Below are positions 40,521 to 48,820 of a stretch of 64,000 nucleotides of DNA, in pieces (position 1 is the first letter of the stretch; each line of letters begins with the position of its first letter). The translations under genes and the position numbers were made by a program. The stretch is from a virus. Lineage: Duplodnaviria > Caudoviricetes. The notes under the pieces are model-generated. The model did no database searches. It saw only the letters and a list, made by a program, of their open reading frames with translations, and was not told the DNA's origin. The DNA lies in IMG/VR virus record IMGVR_UViG_3300030095_005604, positions 3,448-67,447 of that record; one strand, 5' to 3'.

Positions 40521-41386
40521 AATATAAAATAGGTATAATAGGAAATGGATTTGTAGGTTCAGCAGTAGCATCTGGATTTTCTCCAAAGTGTGGTTGTGAC
40601 ACAGAGGTAAAGATATACGATAAAGATGACACTAAATCAACACACACATTGACAGAGGTAGTTAATGATTCAGATTATATATTTTTATCAGTTCCGACAC
40701 CATCTAATCCTGATGGTTCAATAAGTTTAGATATATTATTTAATGTGTTTAAAGAAATAGATGAGGTCATTGATTACGAAGTTGACAAACAACCAATTAT
40801 AATGATAAGGTCTACCGTAACTCCAGGAACAACAGCAAAAATACAAGGTGAGTATCCAAGAATGTATATTGTATTTAATCCTGAATTTTTAACAGAACGC
40901 TCAGCTAAATTCGATTTTATCAATCAATCAAGATTTATTGTTGGTGGTAGTTGGGGTAGTACAACAGCAGTTGAGCACCTATATAAGTGGAGATTTGGAG
41001 AATCCATACCAGTTATTAAAACTAATTTTCAGACTGCTGAAATGATTAAATATATGAATAATTGTTTCTTTGCTACAAAAGTATCATTCTTAAATGAAAT
41101 GTATCAAGTAGCAGAAAAATGTGGAGTTAATTGGGAAGAGTGTGTTGAAGGATTTGTCAGAGATGGAAGAGTAGGTCATTCACATCTATCAGTTCCTGGA
41201 CCTGATGGTAAGTTTGGATTCGGAGGTAGTTGTTTCCCTAAAGACATACAGGCTATGATTAATTTTGCTGAGTCACTTGATGTTAATCCTACGACAATGA
41301 AAGGTGCTTGGGAAAAGAATTTAGATGTTAGACCTGAAGAAGATTGGAAAGAGTTAAAAGGAAGAGCTGTTGTTGAAGAAAGTTAA
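40517..41386 (+). CDS. ugd: UDP-glucose/GDP-mannose 6-dehydrogenase family, lacking the C-terminal domain
   Basis: GNGFVG, SVPTP, RSTVTPG, NPEFL, FGGSCFPKD; only 289 aa. Confidence 0.8.
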   Translation: MKYKIGIIGNGFVGSAVASGFSPKCGCDTEVKIYDKDDTKSTHTLTEVVNDSDYIFLSVPTPSNPDGSISLDILFNVFKEIDEVIDYEVDKQPIIMIRSTVTPGTTAKIQGEYPRMYIVFNPEFLTERSAKFDFINQSRFIVGGSWGSTTAVEHLYKWRFGESIPVIKTNFQTAEMIKYMNNCFFATKVSFLNEMYQVAEKCGVNWEECVEGFVRDGRVGHSHLSVPGPDGKFGFGGSCFPKDIQAMINFAESLDVNPTTMKGAWEKNLDVRPEEDWKELKGRAVVEES

Positions 41387-41394
41387 AAAAAAGC

Positions 41395-41424
41395 TTGACT
41401 TTAATAGTAAAAAAACCGTATATT
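41395..41424 (+). promoter_or_regulatory. sigma70-like promoter
   Basis: TTGACT-N18-TATATT. Confidence 0.7.
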
Positions 41425-41437
41425 ATAGGAGATAGAA

Positions 41438-41584
41438 ATGTCACATATTAATCCATTAGATTGGGAAAGATTTGATGATAGAGAAGATAGAAAAAGAGCA
41501 AAAAAACTTAAAAAGAAAAAATCTATCAAGGAACAGAAAAATAAAAAAAGGAAACAAAAATATGTTAAGAACAATAATACTTAG
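41438..41584 (+). CDS. 48-aa lysine-rich peptide (not in ORF track)
   Basis: SD AGGAG then MSHINPLDWERFDDREDRKRAKKLKKKK... Confidence 0.5.
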   Translation: MSHINPLDWERFDDREDRKRAKKLKKKKSIKEQKNKKRKQKYVKNNNT

Positions 41585-41969
41585 TTTAATATTAGGTTTA
41601 TTCACAATAGGGTGTGAAAACTCTATGGGGCCTGAAATTGATGATGAATTTTTAGATGTCTACTCAACTGAACAAATAGATAAAAATGGGTATTATCATT
41701 ATCCATATACAGGATTCAATTATGGTTCAATTTACTTTGAAACAACACCTATGACATTGGTTGGTTGGACATCACCTGATGAATTTTGTATTCAATTCTT
41801 TGACGAGTTGATTTGTGAACCAGTTATAAACTATCAAACATATTCAAGAGAAGATGGTTCAGGACAACAAAATTTTTATATGAGTGAAGAATTTATAGGT
41901 GATACATTAAATTTAGTAGGTTATTTAAACACAGAGATAGTTACAGAAATTAAAGTTATCATAGAATAA
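41562..41969 (+). CDS. Putative lipoprotein
   Basis: MLRTIILSLILGLFTIGC signal peptide with lipobox-like Cys. Confidence 0.6.
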   Translation: MLRTIILSLILGLFTIGCENSMGPEIDDEFLDVYSTEQIDKNGYYHYPYTGFNYGSIYFETTPMTLVGWTSPDEFCIQFFDELICEPVINYQTYSREDGSGQQNFYMSEEFIGDTLNLVGYLNTEIVTEIKVIIE

Positions 41970-41980
41970 GAGGATAAATT

Positions 41981-42202
41981 ATGAGTGATTTAGAAAGATT
42001 CAACGAATTAGTTGATGATGTTTGGGAGATGGTATTTGGTACAGAACGAAGACCAAAACTAAATAAAAAAACAGGTAAATTAGAACTTAAGCCAAAAAGA
42101 GCTAGAACTAAAGGTAGATATAGAGCAGATGATAAATCTACTAAAGATTTTAACGAAGCTTGGGTTGGTGGTAAAGCCCCCAAGAAGAAGAGGAAAAAAT
42201 AA
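41981..42202 (+). CDS. Hypothetical basic protein
   Basis: SD AGGA; ORF. Confidence 0.5.
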   Translation: MSDLERFNELVDDVWEMVFGTERRPKLNKKTGKLELKPKRARTKGRYRADDKSTKDFNEAWVGGKAPKKKRKK

Positions 42203-42426
42203 TGAATGGTAAATTAGGTAGTTACATAACAAAATTGATGACAACAATAGTTGACAAAGAACAAGATGAGTTTGTAAAGAATCTTGCCCTTTCAGAACTG
42301 AAAAATGTCAAAAATTCTTTAGAAGAGTTTATTCTGAAAAATACAATAAAATCAGAAGAATTTCCTGAAGAAAAAGAAAAAACGAAAAAACAATTATTAA
42401 ATGAGGAGAAAAAAGATGTCAAATGA
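42202..42426 (+). CDS. Hypothetical protein
   Basis: Coupled ORF. Confidence 0.45.
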   Translation: MNGKLGSYITKLMTTIVDKEQDEFVKNLALSELKNVKNSLEEFILKNTIKSEEFPEEKEKTKKQLLNEEKKDVK

Positions 42427-42646
42427 TTCAGTAAATGACAGGTATAATCCACCTGGAATAGGTCAAAATGATTTTGATTCGGTAAGATTTGATGAAATAG
42501 AAGATGAAGATTTATTTTGGTTAAATCAGACACTCGGTAATGACAATCCGGCATTTAGAAAAATGAATGACAATCAAGGTTATAACACAAAAACTGGTAT
42601 TGTACAAGATTTTAATAGAATGCAACAAGTTTTTCAAAGAACTTAA
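42416..42646 (+). CDS. Hypothetical protein
   Basis: SD GAGGAG; start ATG 42416. Confidence 0.45.
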   Translation: MSNDSVNDRYNPPGIGQNDFDSVRFDEIEDEDLFWLNQTLGNDNPAFRKMNDNQGYNTKTGIVQDFNRMQQVFQRT

Positions 42647-43144
42647 ATGTCATTACAAAAACCTTTAAATATTCCTGGTAGAAGAAAGGTTCTTACAAAA
42701 AATATGATTTTGAATGCTCAATCACAGAGTAAATCAGCATCAGAGTGTGCTCGTTGGTTAAATGTGACTTTTAACACATATAAAAAATGGGCTACTTATT
42801 ATGGTGTATATGATAATGTCAAGAATCAATCTGGTAAAGGAATAAAAAAAGGTTACGCCACTTACAGAATATCATTAGAAGATATTTTTGAGGGAAAGAC
42901 AGAATCTAAGTATAGTAATGCTACCTTTAAACGAAGATTGGTAGATGAGGGATATATGCAAGAGGAATGTTCGGAATGTGGTTTCAATGAAGGTAGAGTT
43001 ACAGATGGAAAAATTCCATTACATATTGATTATGTTGACGGAGATACAAAGAATAAATCTTATGATAATTTAAGATTATTGTGTCCTAATCATTATTTTT
43101 TATATAATGGTAGATTTCCCAAGTCTAAGGAGTTTGTAAAATGA
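42647..43144 (+). CDS. HTH plus HNH-like protein
   Basis: CSECG...LHIDYVDG...NLRLLCPNH. Confidence 0.7.
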   Translation: MSLQKPLNIPGRRKVLTKNMILNAQSQSKSASECARWLNVTFNTYKKWATYYGVYDNVKNQSGKGIKKGYATYRISLEDIFEGKTESKYSNATFKRRLVDEGYMQEECSECGFNEGRVTDGKIPLHIDYVDGDTKNKSYDNLRLLCPNHYFLYNGRFPKSKEFVK

Positions 43145-43443
43145 ATGGTAAAGGTGATAAACCTAGATTTTTAGCCGATGAACAATATCGGGATAACTAT
43201 AATAAAATATTTGGAGAAAAAGAAATGAGAGTAAAAGATGGTCGTGGTAAGACATATGAATTTCAGATAGGACAAAAAGTTTGTGTACAAGAAGATATAG
43301 CTTCCGTTGATGGTATGTTGTATAAAAATACAATTGCAAAGATAGATGAGATAAACACCAAAACACAACAATTTAGAATTACAGATAGAGTTGGTAAAGT
43401 TTGGTGGGTAAAAGCTTCTCAGATTAGTGGGAGTTTCTTGTAA
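43141..43443 (+). CDS. Hypothetical protein (SH3-like C-terminal part)
   Basis: ORF; possible internal start at ATG 43225. Confidence 0.45.
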   Translation: MNGKGDKPRFLADEQYRDNYNKIFGEKEMRVKDGRGKTYEFQIGQKVCVQEDIASVDGMLYKNTIAKIDEINTKTQQFRITDRVGKVWWVKASQISGSFL

Positions 43444-43712
43444 TGAGTAAAAAGTTAAGTGATAAACAAAAAGAACAATTAAACAAAGAATTAGAACAAT
43501 TACAGAAACAGATGGTAGAGGAAGCTAAAAAAGTCAGACAAGATTTTAAAGACAATCCATCTGATGATAATGTAACAGACATTTCGGTTGATTTTGATAG
43601 TCCGTATTTAGATGAACAATTTAAAGACGAACAATGGAAAAAAGTTGTAAAACCACAATATATGGACACATTTAAAAACTGGTTAGAAAAAGAAAAAGAA
43701 AAAAAAGAATAA
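43443..43712 (+). CDS. Hypothetical charged protein
   Basis: Coupled ORF. Confidence 0.45.
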   Translation: MSKKLSDKQKEQLNKELEQLQKQMVEEAKKVRQDFKDNPSDDNVTDISVDFDSPYLDEQFKDEQWKKVVKPQYMDTFKNWLEKEKEKKE

Positions 43713-43718
43713 AAATAT

Positions 43719-43791
43719 GGGGCTGTAACTCAGTTGGGAGAGTGCTTCCCTTGCACGGAAGAAGTCGTAGGTTCGAATCCTATCAGCTCCA
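43719..43791 (+). tRNA. tRNA-Ala(UGC), CCA not encoded
   Basis: Acceptor GGGGCTG/CAGCTCC with the G3:U70 Ala identity pair, anticodon arm CTTCC-cTTGCac-GGAAG, T-loop TTCGAAT. Confidence 0.95.
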
Positions 43792-43796
43792 CAAAC

Positions 43797-43853
43797 TTGT
43801 TACATATTGTTACAATTAAAACCTTGTTAATATACAAGGTTTTTCCTTATATT
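43797..43853 (+). promoter_or_regulatory. GTTACA box plus promoter (1)
   Basis: GTTACA-TATT-GTTACA, then TTGTTA-N18-TATATT. Confidence 0.75.
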
Positions 43854-43892
43854 ATAGTATAAGTTAAGTTAATTAATAAAGGAGAATAAAAT

Positions 43893-44153
43893 ATGACTTT
43901 TAATGAAAATGTAGCAGAAATAGTAGTTGAACAAGGTAATACAAATTTAGATGTAGATGGATGGCGTGTTTGTTCTTTTTGGGACCAAGATTCAGAAGGA
44001 ATGGAATTTATGAACTATGAGGTTGCTTACTGGCGAGGTGGAGATATAGATTGGGCTTCTCGAAATGGGTGTTTGGAATACTTTAGTTGTATAGACCGAG
44101 CTTTAGATTACTTTGAAGGTGCAACAGGAACAATAGTAGGAGGTGTTGCTTAA
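43893..44153 (+). CDS. Hypothetical protein
   Basis: SD AAGGAG. Confidence 0.55.
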   Translation: MTFNENVAEIVVEQGNTNLDVDGWRVCSFWDQDSEGMEFMNYEVAYWRGGDIDWASRNGCLEYFSCIDRALDYFEGATGTIVGGVA

Positions 44154-44251
44154 TGGAATCAATAGTACAAGAAATAGCAAATGTAGGATTTACACTTTTA
44201 GTGTTCGTAATTGGTATAGTGATAGTGAGTAAATTTAAAGGAGACAAGTAA
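44153..44251 (+). CDS. 32-aa single-TM peptide (not in ORF track)
   Basis: SD GGAGG; MESIVQEIANVGFTLLVFVIGIVIVSKFKGDK; TAATG coupling at both ends. Confidence 0.45.
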   Translation: MESIVQEIANVGFTLLVFVIGIVIVSKFKGDK

Positions 44252-44631
44252 TGATAAATGGGATTAAACCAGAAATATCTAATGTAACAAAAACAGAAAA
44301 GACAACTACAAAGAATGGTTTATCGTTTGATGACGCTATGAATGTGTTACTTGATAATATACAGAAAGATTATGCTAAATTAAATATGACACATAGAACA
44401 TCATTAGATTTAGAATTGAGACCAGGTAGGAAATTTATTAAAGTAGTAGAAGGTAGTAGAGTATGGGGATTCGTTGCTAAAGTAGATGGAACTCATAAAG
44501 GTGTTCCAATGTTGAAAGGTGATATTTTGAAAGCAGCTACTTGGAGTGCTCCTGCTAAACATTCAAGAGGTTCAATATTTGACAAAGAAATGCACAAGAG
44601 TTTTTCTTGGACAGGACCTAATTATCTGTAG
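44251..44631 (+). CDS. Conserved-looking phage hypothetical protein
   Basis: GRKFIKVV...VWGFV...GDILKAATWSAPAKHSRGSIF, a pattern I associate with large-phage small proteins. Confidence 0.55.
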   Translation: MINGIKPEISNVTKTEKTTTKNGLSFDDAMNVLLDNIQKDYAKLNMTHRTSLDLELRPGRKFIKVVEGSRVWGFVAKVDGTHKGVPMLKGDILKAATWSAPAKHSRGSIFDKEMHKSFSWTGPNYL

Positions 44632-44634
44632 TTT

Positions 44635-44698
44635 GTTACATATTGTTACAATTTATTTGCCGATTTTACTTGTATGTATGGAAAAAGCGTCCTATATT
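44635..44698 (+). promoter_or_regulatory. GTTACA box plus promoter (2)
   Basis: GTTACA-TATT-GTTACA, then TTGTAT-N17-TATATT. Confidence 0.75.
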
Positions 44699-44736
44699 AT
44701 AGTATGATAAGAAATGATAATAAAGGAGAAAAGGTT

Positions 44737-45060
44737 ATGGAATATAAAGAGTTACTTAGTGTAGGTTGTTTACTTACAAAAGATTTAAAAGTGTTTCCAA
44801 TAAATTGTAATGAGGTACCTGAAACAGCTAGTGAAGCTGATGAATATATGGGTGTTCACATTTATGATTTAACAGATGAATGGTATTGTAATTTAAGTTC
44901 AGATGATTTAGTAGATTTCTTTGAATTTATAGAATTAGTTAATAAAGATAATATGGTTATGTCAGTTTACAATGAATGGAAAACAGACATTTGGTCAAAG
45001 TGGGAAGATGTTAATAATTGTTATATGAATTTAGATTTAGACACAATGGCGGTAGCGTAA
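44737..45060 (+). CDS. Hypothetical acidic protein
   Basis: SD AAGGAG; start ATG 44737. Confidence 0.5.
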   Translation: MEYKELLSVGCLLTKDLKVFPINCNEVPETASEADEYMGVHIYDLTDEWYCNLSSDDLVDFFEFIELVNKDNMVMSVYNEWKTDIWSKWEDVNNCYMNLDLDTMAVA

Positions 45061-45300
45061 TGAGTTGTGATAAATGTAAAAAACATAGTTCAACAATAAC
45101 ATATAAAGATAAAAATTATTGCACTTGGTATTGTGCTAAAAAGGGGTAATATGGAATATATTTACGGAGTACATTGTGGAGATGGTGATTGTTATTCTTG
45201 TGCAACTCAACGATATAATTGTGATGAGTTGAATCGAAAAGATGACAATCAAGATGAGGTTGATAGAATACATAAAATAGTAGAGAAGAGGACAAGATAA
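45060..45300 (+). CDS. Two tiny Cys-rich ORFs (45060-45149, 29 aa; 45151-45300, 49 aa)
   Basis: They tile the gap with stop-start coupling; CxxC motifs. Confidence 0.35.
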
Positions 45301-45527
45301 TGGCTATATTGACTAAAGATAAATTTAGAAAAAGAGTAATTGATTTAAATGGTCCTGAAGGTAATGCATTTTGTCTATTAGGAACAGCTATGAGTTTATG
45401 TAAACAAATAGGTATTAGTGATACGAGAACAGAGGAAATAGTTGATGAAATGAAATCAGATGACTACGAACACCTTATACAAACATTTGATAAATATTTT
45501 GGTAAATTAGTAGATTTGGAGAGATAA
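45300..45527 (+). CDS. Hypothetical phage protein
   Basis: IDLNGPEGNAFCLLG motif. Confidence 0.55.
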   Translation: MAILTKDKFRKRVIDLNGPEGNAFCLLGTAMSLCKQIGISDTRTEEIVDEMKSDDYEHLIQTFDKYFGKLVDLER

Positions 45528-45967
45528 TGTTTTATAAACCACCTAAACCAGAAACTATTGCTCGTAACAAGGAAGAAAACAAAAAATTATATGCCGCAGA
45601 AATTAAGTGGTTATCAGAAAATTTAGATTTAATTCAATCAAACAAATTCATTATGGATATGTATCGTTTTTTAATCAATGGTACGCGTAAAATATCACCT
45701 AAGATGATTGAAGCTGTCCGTAAAAATATGAAGAATCCTAAGTACAATTTAGATGCTCGAGCAGCTAAGTTGGAAAAACTTACACCTATTGTGGAGAAAA
45801 TCAATATGGTATTACATCTAGCTGAAAAGAAAGGTGACAAGGCTGTAGGATTTGTTCAAAAAGTAAAAGATTATGTCAGAGAAAATTACAGAATAACGCC
45901 AAAACAAATGCAAGCTCTCAATAAAGTATACAAGAGAGTTTCAGAAGATTTATTTAAGGAGGAATAG
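45527..45967 (+). CDS. Hypothetical protein
   Basis: Internal repeat ISPKMIEAV / ITPKQMQAL. Confidence 0.5.
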   Translation: MFYKPPKPETIARNKEENKKLYAAEIKWLSENLDLIQSNKFIMDMYRFLINGTRKISPKMIEAVRKNMKNPKYNLDARAAKLEKLTPIVEKINMVLHLAEKKGDKAVGFVQKVKDYVRENYRITPKQMQALNKVYKRVSEDLFKEE

Positions 45968-46110
45968 ATGGATTCAATTATACATTTTTTTAAACATGCT
46001 TTAGGACTTTGTGGAGAACCTCATCCTAGTTTACTTATGGGAGGAGCCGGTATCATTGGATATTGTGTGTATTGTGTAAAAACTATGAAACATAAGTGGA
46101 GGAAAAAATA

Positions 46111-46467
46111 ATGGACGCAACGAAAACACACATAATGGATGCTGTTAAATTTATTGAAGACAAATATCCAGAGACAACAAAAGAATTTAAACGACTACAG
46201 GAAGAGCAGTATAAGGTGTTCTGTGAGAAACAAATGGATTACGGTCCTGGTAACATATCTGTTGGTACTAATTTAGAAACAGAGGAAGAGGTACATATGT
46301 CACTAACTGGACTATGGTTCAGAATGAATGACAAGATTCAAAGAATGAAAACTTTACTGATGAGTAATCAGAATGCTAACAATGAACCGTTAGAAGATTC
46401 GTTCTTAGATGTATCAAATTATGGTATAATGTCAACGATAGTAAGCAACAATAAGTGGGGTAAATGA
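46111..46467 (+). CDS. DUF1599 / nucleotide-modification-associated domain 1-like protein
   Basis: KQMDYG..N, RMNDKIQR, EDSFLDVSNYGI. Confidence 0.7.
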   Translation: MDATKTHIMDAVKFIEDKYPETTKEFKRLQEEQYKVFCEKQMDYGPGNISVGTNLETEEEVHMSLTGLWFRMNDKIQRMKTLLMSNQNANNEPLEDSFLDVSNYGIMSTIVSNNKWGK

Positions 46468-46630
46468 TGAGTGATGGTAGATTAAAACAAATAGCTTGGT
46501 TAACAATATTTACACTTAATGCATTGATATGGTATAGTATATTTACAAACGGATTTTTTATAACAATTACTTGGGTAGTAATTTTATCAGCAATAGCAGG
46601 AATAATAATTAAATTAAAGGAGAATGTGTA

Positions 46631-46840
46631 ATGACAATTCAACAAATAGTAGCAGAGTTAGAGAATATTAAGGAACAAACTTTAAACAATAGCAAGATTA
46701 CAATAGATGATGTGATTGAAGCTATCGATGATGTAATATCAGATTGTAAGGACAATTCATTGGACTTTTCATTTGATGATGAAGACCACTATGGTGAGTT
46801 TGAAAGAGAGACAGATTTCACAGCATTGGTAATCGACTAA
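46631..46840 (+). CDS. Hypothetical acidic protein
   Basis: SD AAGGAG. Confidence 0.5.
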   Translation: MTIQQIVAELENIKEQTLNNSKITIDDVIEAIDDVISDCKDNSLDFSFDDEDHYGEFERETDFTALVID

Positions 46841-47253
46841 TGTCAGATAAGGTATTCATATCTTGGTCGGAGTATGAATTGTATATTGACAGGATTGCTG
46901 ATTGGGTCAAGTATAAATGTGATGAAGATATAGGAGCTATCTATGGATTACCTCGAGGAGGACTACCAATAGCAGTATCATTATCTCACAGGTTAGATTT
47001 ACCAATACTAATGAATTACTATGATAGGAAGTTAGCAACAAGAAAGAAAATATTGGTAGTTGATGATATAGCTGACACTGGACATACATTGAAAGATTTT
47101 GATAGTCCACACAATATAATTGTGACAATGCATTATCATCAGGATTCAATCACAAGACCAGATTTTTTCTGCACTGAAAAAGGTGATGATTGGATTGTGT
47201 ATCCTTGGGAGACGGAGGATAGTGAGACGGTCCAAGATTATTTAAAGTCGTGA
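46840..47253 (+). CDS. Purine phosphoribosyltransferase (Gpt-like)
   Basis: GLPRGGL, ILVVDDIADTGHTL, WIVYPWE. Confidence 0.85.
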   Translation: MSDKVFISWSEYELYIDRIADWVKYKCDEDIGAIYGLPRGGLPIAVSLSHRLDLPILMNYYDRKLATRKKILVVDDIADTGHTLKDFDSPHNIIVTMHYHQDSITRPDFFCTEKGDDWIVYPWETEDSETVQDYLKS

Positions 47254-47491
47254 GGAAAATTTTTTGGATGGTGTAATATATACAGATATATTGATTAATA
47301 TAATAAAGATAATAGGAGTAATATGGCTATTAAAGCAACTAAAGAAACGATTCCATTAGATTATTTGGAGAGCAAGATAAAAGATATGATGTTGATGGAA
47401 TTTGAAAAATACAAAACAACAATACCATGGGATGGTATGTTGAATGAATGTAGTAAACGAATGTTAAAAATGATAAAAGAGGAGATAGTGA

Positions 47492-47743
47492 ATGCCTAGG
47501 AGAAAAATGGTTAAGCCAACATTGCACGAAATGAATAACACGAAACCTAAACAATTTATGAAAGTGTTGTGTGAATTGGGTGTGAATGGAAAAGAAGAAT
47601 GGGTTGAAGTGCCTTTAAGTTATGATTGGTCCCCATCATTGGATGAATGTGCTTCCTTGTTGAGTGTGTACTTGGAGAAACCTCGTCAAGACATATGGGT
47701 TAAAGATAGAGTTATTGTTAGAACACCATCATTGGAGGAATAA
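47492..47743 (+). CDS. Hypothetical protein
   Basis: SD GAGGAG. Confidence 0.45.
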   Translation: MPRRKMVKPTLHEMNNTKPKQFMKVLCELGVNGKEEWVEVPLSYDWSPSLDECASLLSVYLEKPRQDIWVKDRVIVRTPSLEE

Positions 47744-48052
47744 GTGAAAAAGTATAAAAATCAGGACGGCGTGGAATTGAATTACCAAGGAACAGATGTA
47801 CATAAAGTGCTGGTTAGAGAAGTGGTGTCAGAGGCCGTGAAGATTCTATATACTTATCGTATGGATTCTCCACAATCAATGGGATGGGCAATACAAGAAT
47901 GTCAAGAATTTCTGCGTGTTAATTTTGATTTAATGGATGATGCAGGTAGGTCGGATGAGTGGAGAATTATGCAGTTCAATAGAAATAGAGCAGTAGAGGA
48001 CCAAGTCAACTCAATTGAAGAAATGGAAACAAAAGTCAAGGAGATGTTTTGA
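47744..48052 (+). CDS. Hypothetical protein
   Basis: SD GGAGG, GTG start. Confidence 0.45.
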   Translation: MKKYKNQDGVELNYQGTDVHKVLVREVVSEAVKILYTYRMDSPQSMGWAIQECQEFLRVNFDLMDDAGRSDEWRIMQFNRNRAVEDQVNSIEEMETKVKEMF

Positions 48053-48282
48053 TAGCTTGGATAGTGGTTGGAATATGTATGTCGGTATTAGTGATGGGTG
48101 CATTGTATGGTCTGTATATGGCAATATGGGGAGTGTATGATGAGTATTAATCAGGGTAAGAGAAAAGAACAAGTGGAGTTTTCAGAAATGATGGTGGCAA
48201 TATCATTTATTGGAATGTTTGCAATCATATGGTTTTATGCAACTTATTATTTACTGATGTGGTTTATGGATTGGATACTGAA

Positions 48283-48546
48283 ATGAAGTGGGGTATGAGA
48301 GAATTAATGGTAGTGAAGTTCACATTGGGAGCAACCTGTGTGTTTTGGCAAGTTCTTCTAATATACAAGTACAACATTCAATGGTATGATTGGTTAATAT
48401 GGGGAGTGTTGTGTGTTGGTGCAATCACTTTTACTCGTCTGTTAGGTGTAACGGAAGGCATTATTGAAACAATTAGACGAGAGCAATACTATGATACTAT
48501 CAAACAGATGCTCTTTAAAGATGATAAACGCAATACAAAGAATTAG
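48283..48546 (+). CDS. Small membrane protein
   Basis: Two hydrophobic segments. Confidence 0.45.
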   Translation: MKWGMRELMVVKFTLGATCVFWQVLLIYKYNIQWYDWLIWGVLCVGAITFTRLLGVTEGIIETIRREQYYDTIKQMLFKDDKRNTKN

Positions 48547-48690
48547 TCCTGAGATAGGGTTTATTCGAGTAAATTGATGTATTGCCGACAAGCTTATTGA
48601 AATTTATTAGTTCGTTATAGAGTGAAGCATATAGTACACATATATAGTTAAAAAACAAATTTTTTCTATAGAAAAATGAACGCTAGACCA

Positions 48691-48776
48691 GTTACATAGT
48701 GTTACAAAGTGTAATAAAGTGTTACAAAAAAACACTTGACTTATATGCATGGCCGGCATTGTTACAAATTGTTACA
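48691..48776 (+). repeat. Phase-locked GTTACA array
   Basis: Units start at 48691, 48701, 48711 (degenerate GTAATA), 48721, 48761 and 48771, all in the same 10-bp register. Confidence 0.8.
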
Positions 48777-48814
48777 ATTTATGTCTTGGCTAGAAGAGCA
48801 AAAGTCCGTATATT
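48761..48814 (+). promoter_or_regulatory. GTTACA box plus promoter (3), driving the ncRNA
   Basis: GTTACA-AATT-GTTACA, then TTGGCT-N17-TATATT. Confidence 0.7.
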
Positions 48815-48820
48815 GTAGTA

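Noticed and set aside
5451-41386. Bacterial chromosomal O-antigen or capsule locus
   Set aside because: It is flanked by T4-like replisome and phage-type micro-ORF cassettes, has no wzx/wzy/wzm/wzt or initiating transferase, and no housekeeping genes.
43821-43840. Inverted repeat ACCTTGT/ACAAGGT within promoter 1
   Set aside because: Single occurrence, not shared by the other boxed promoters; may be chance or a local operator.
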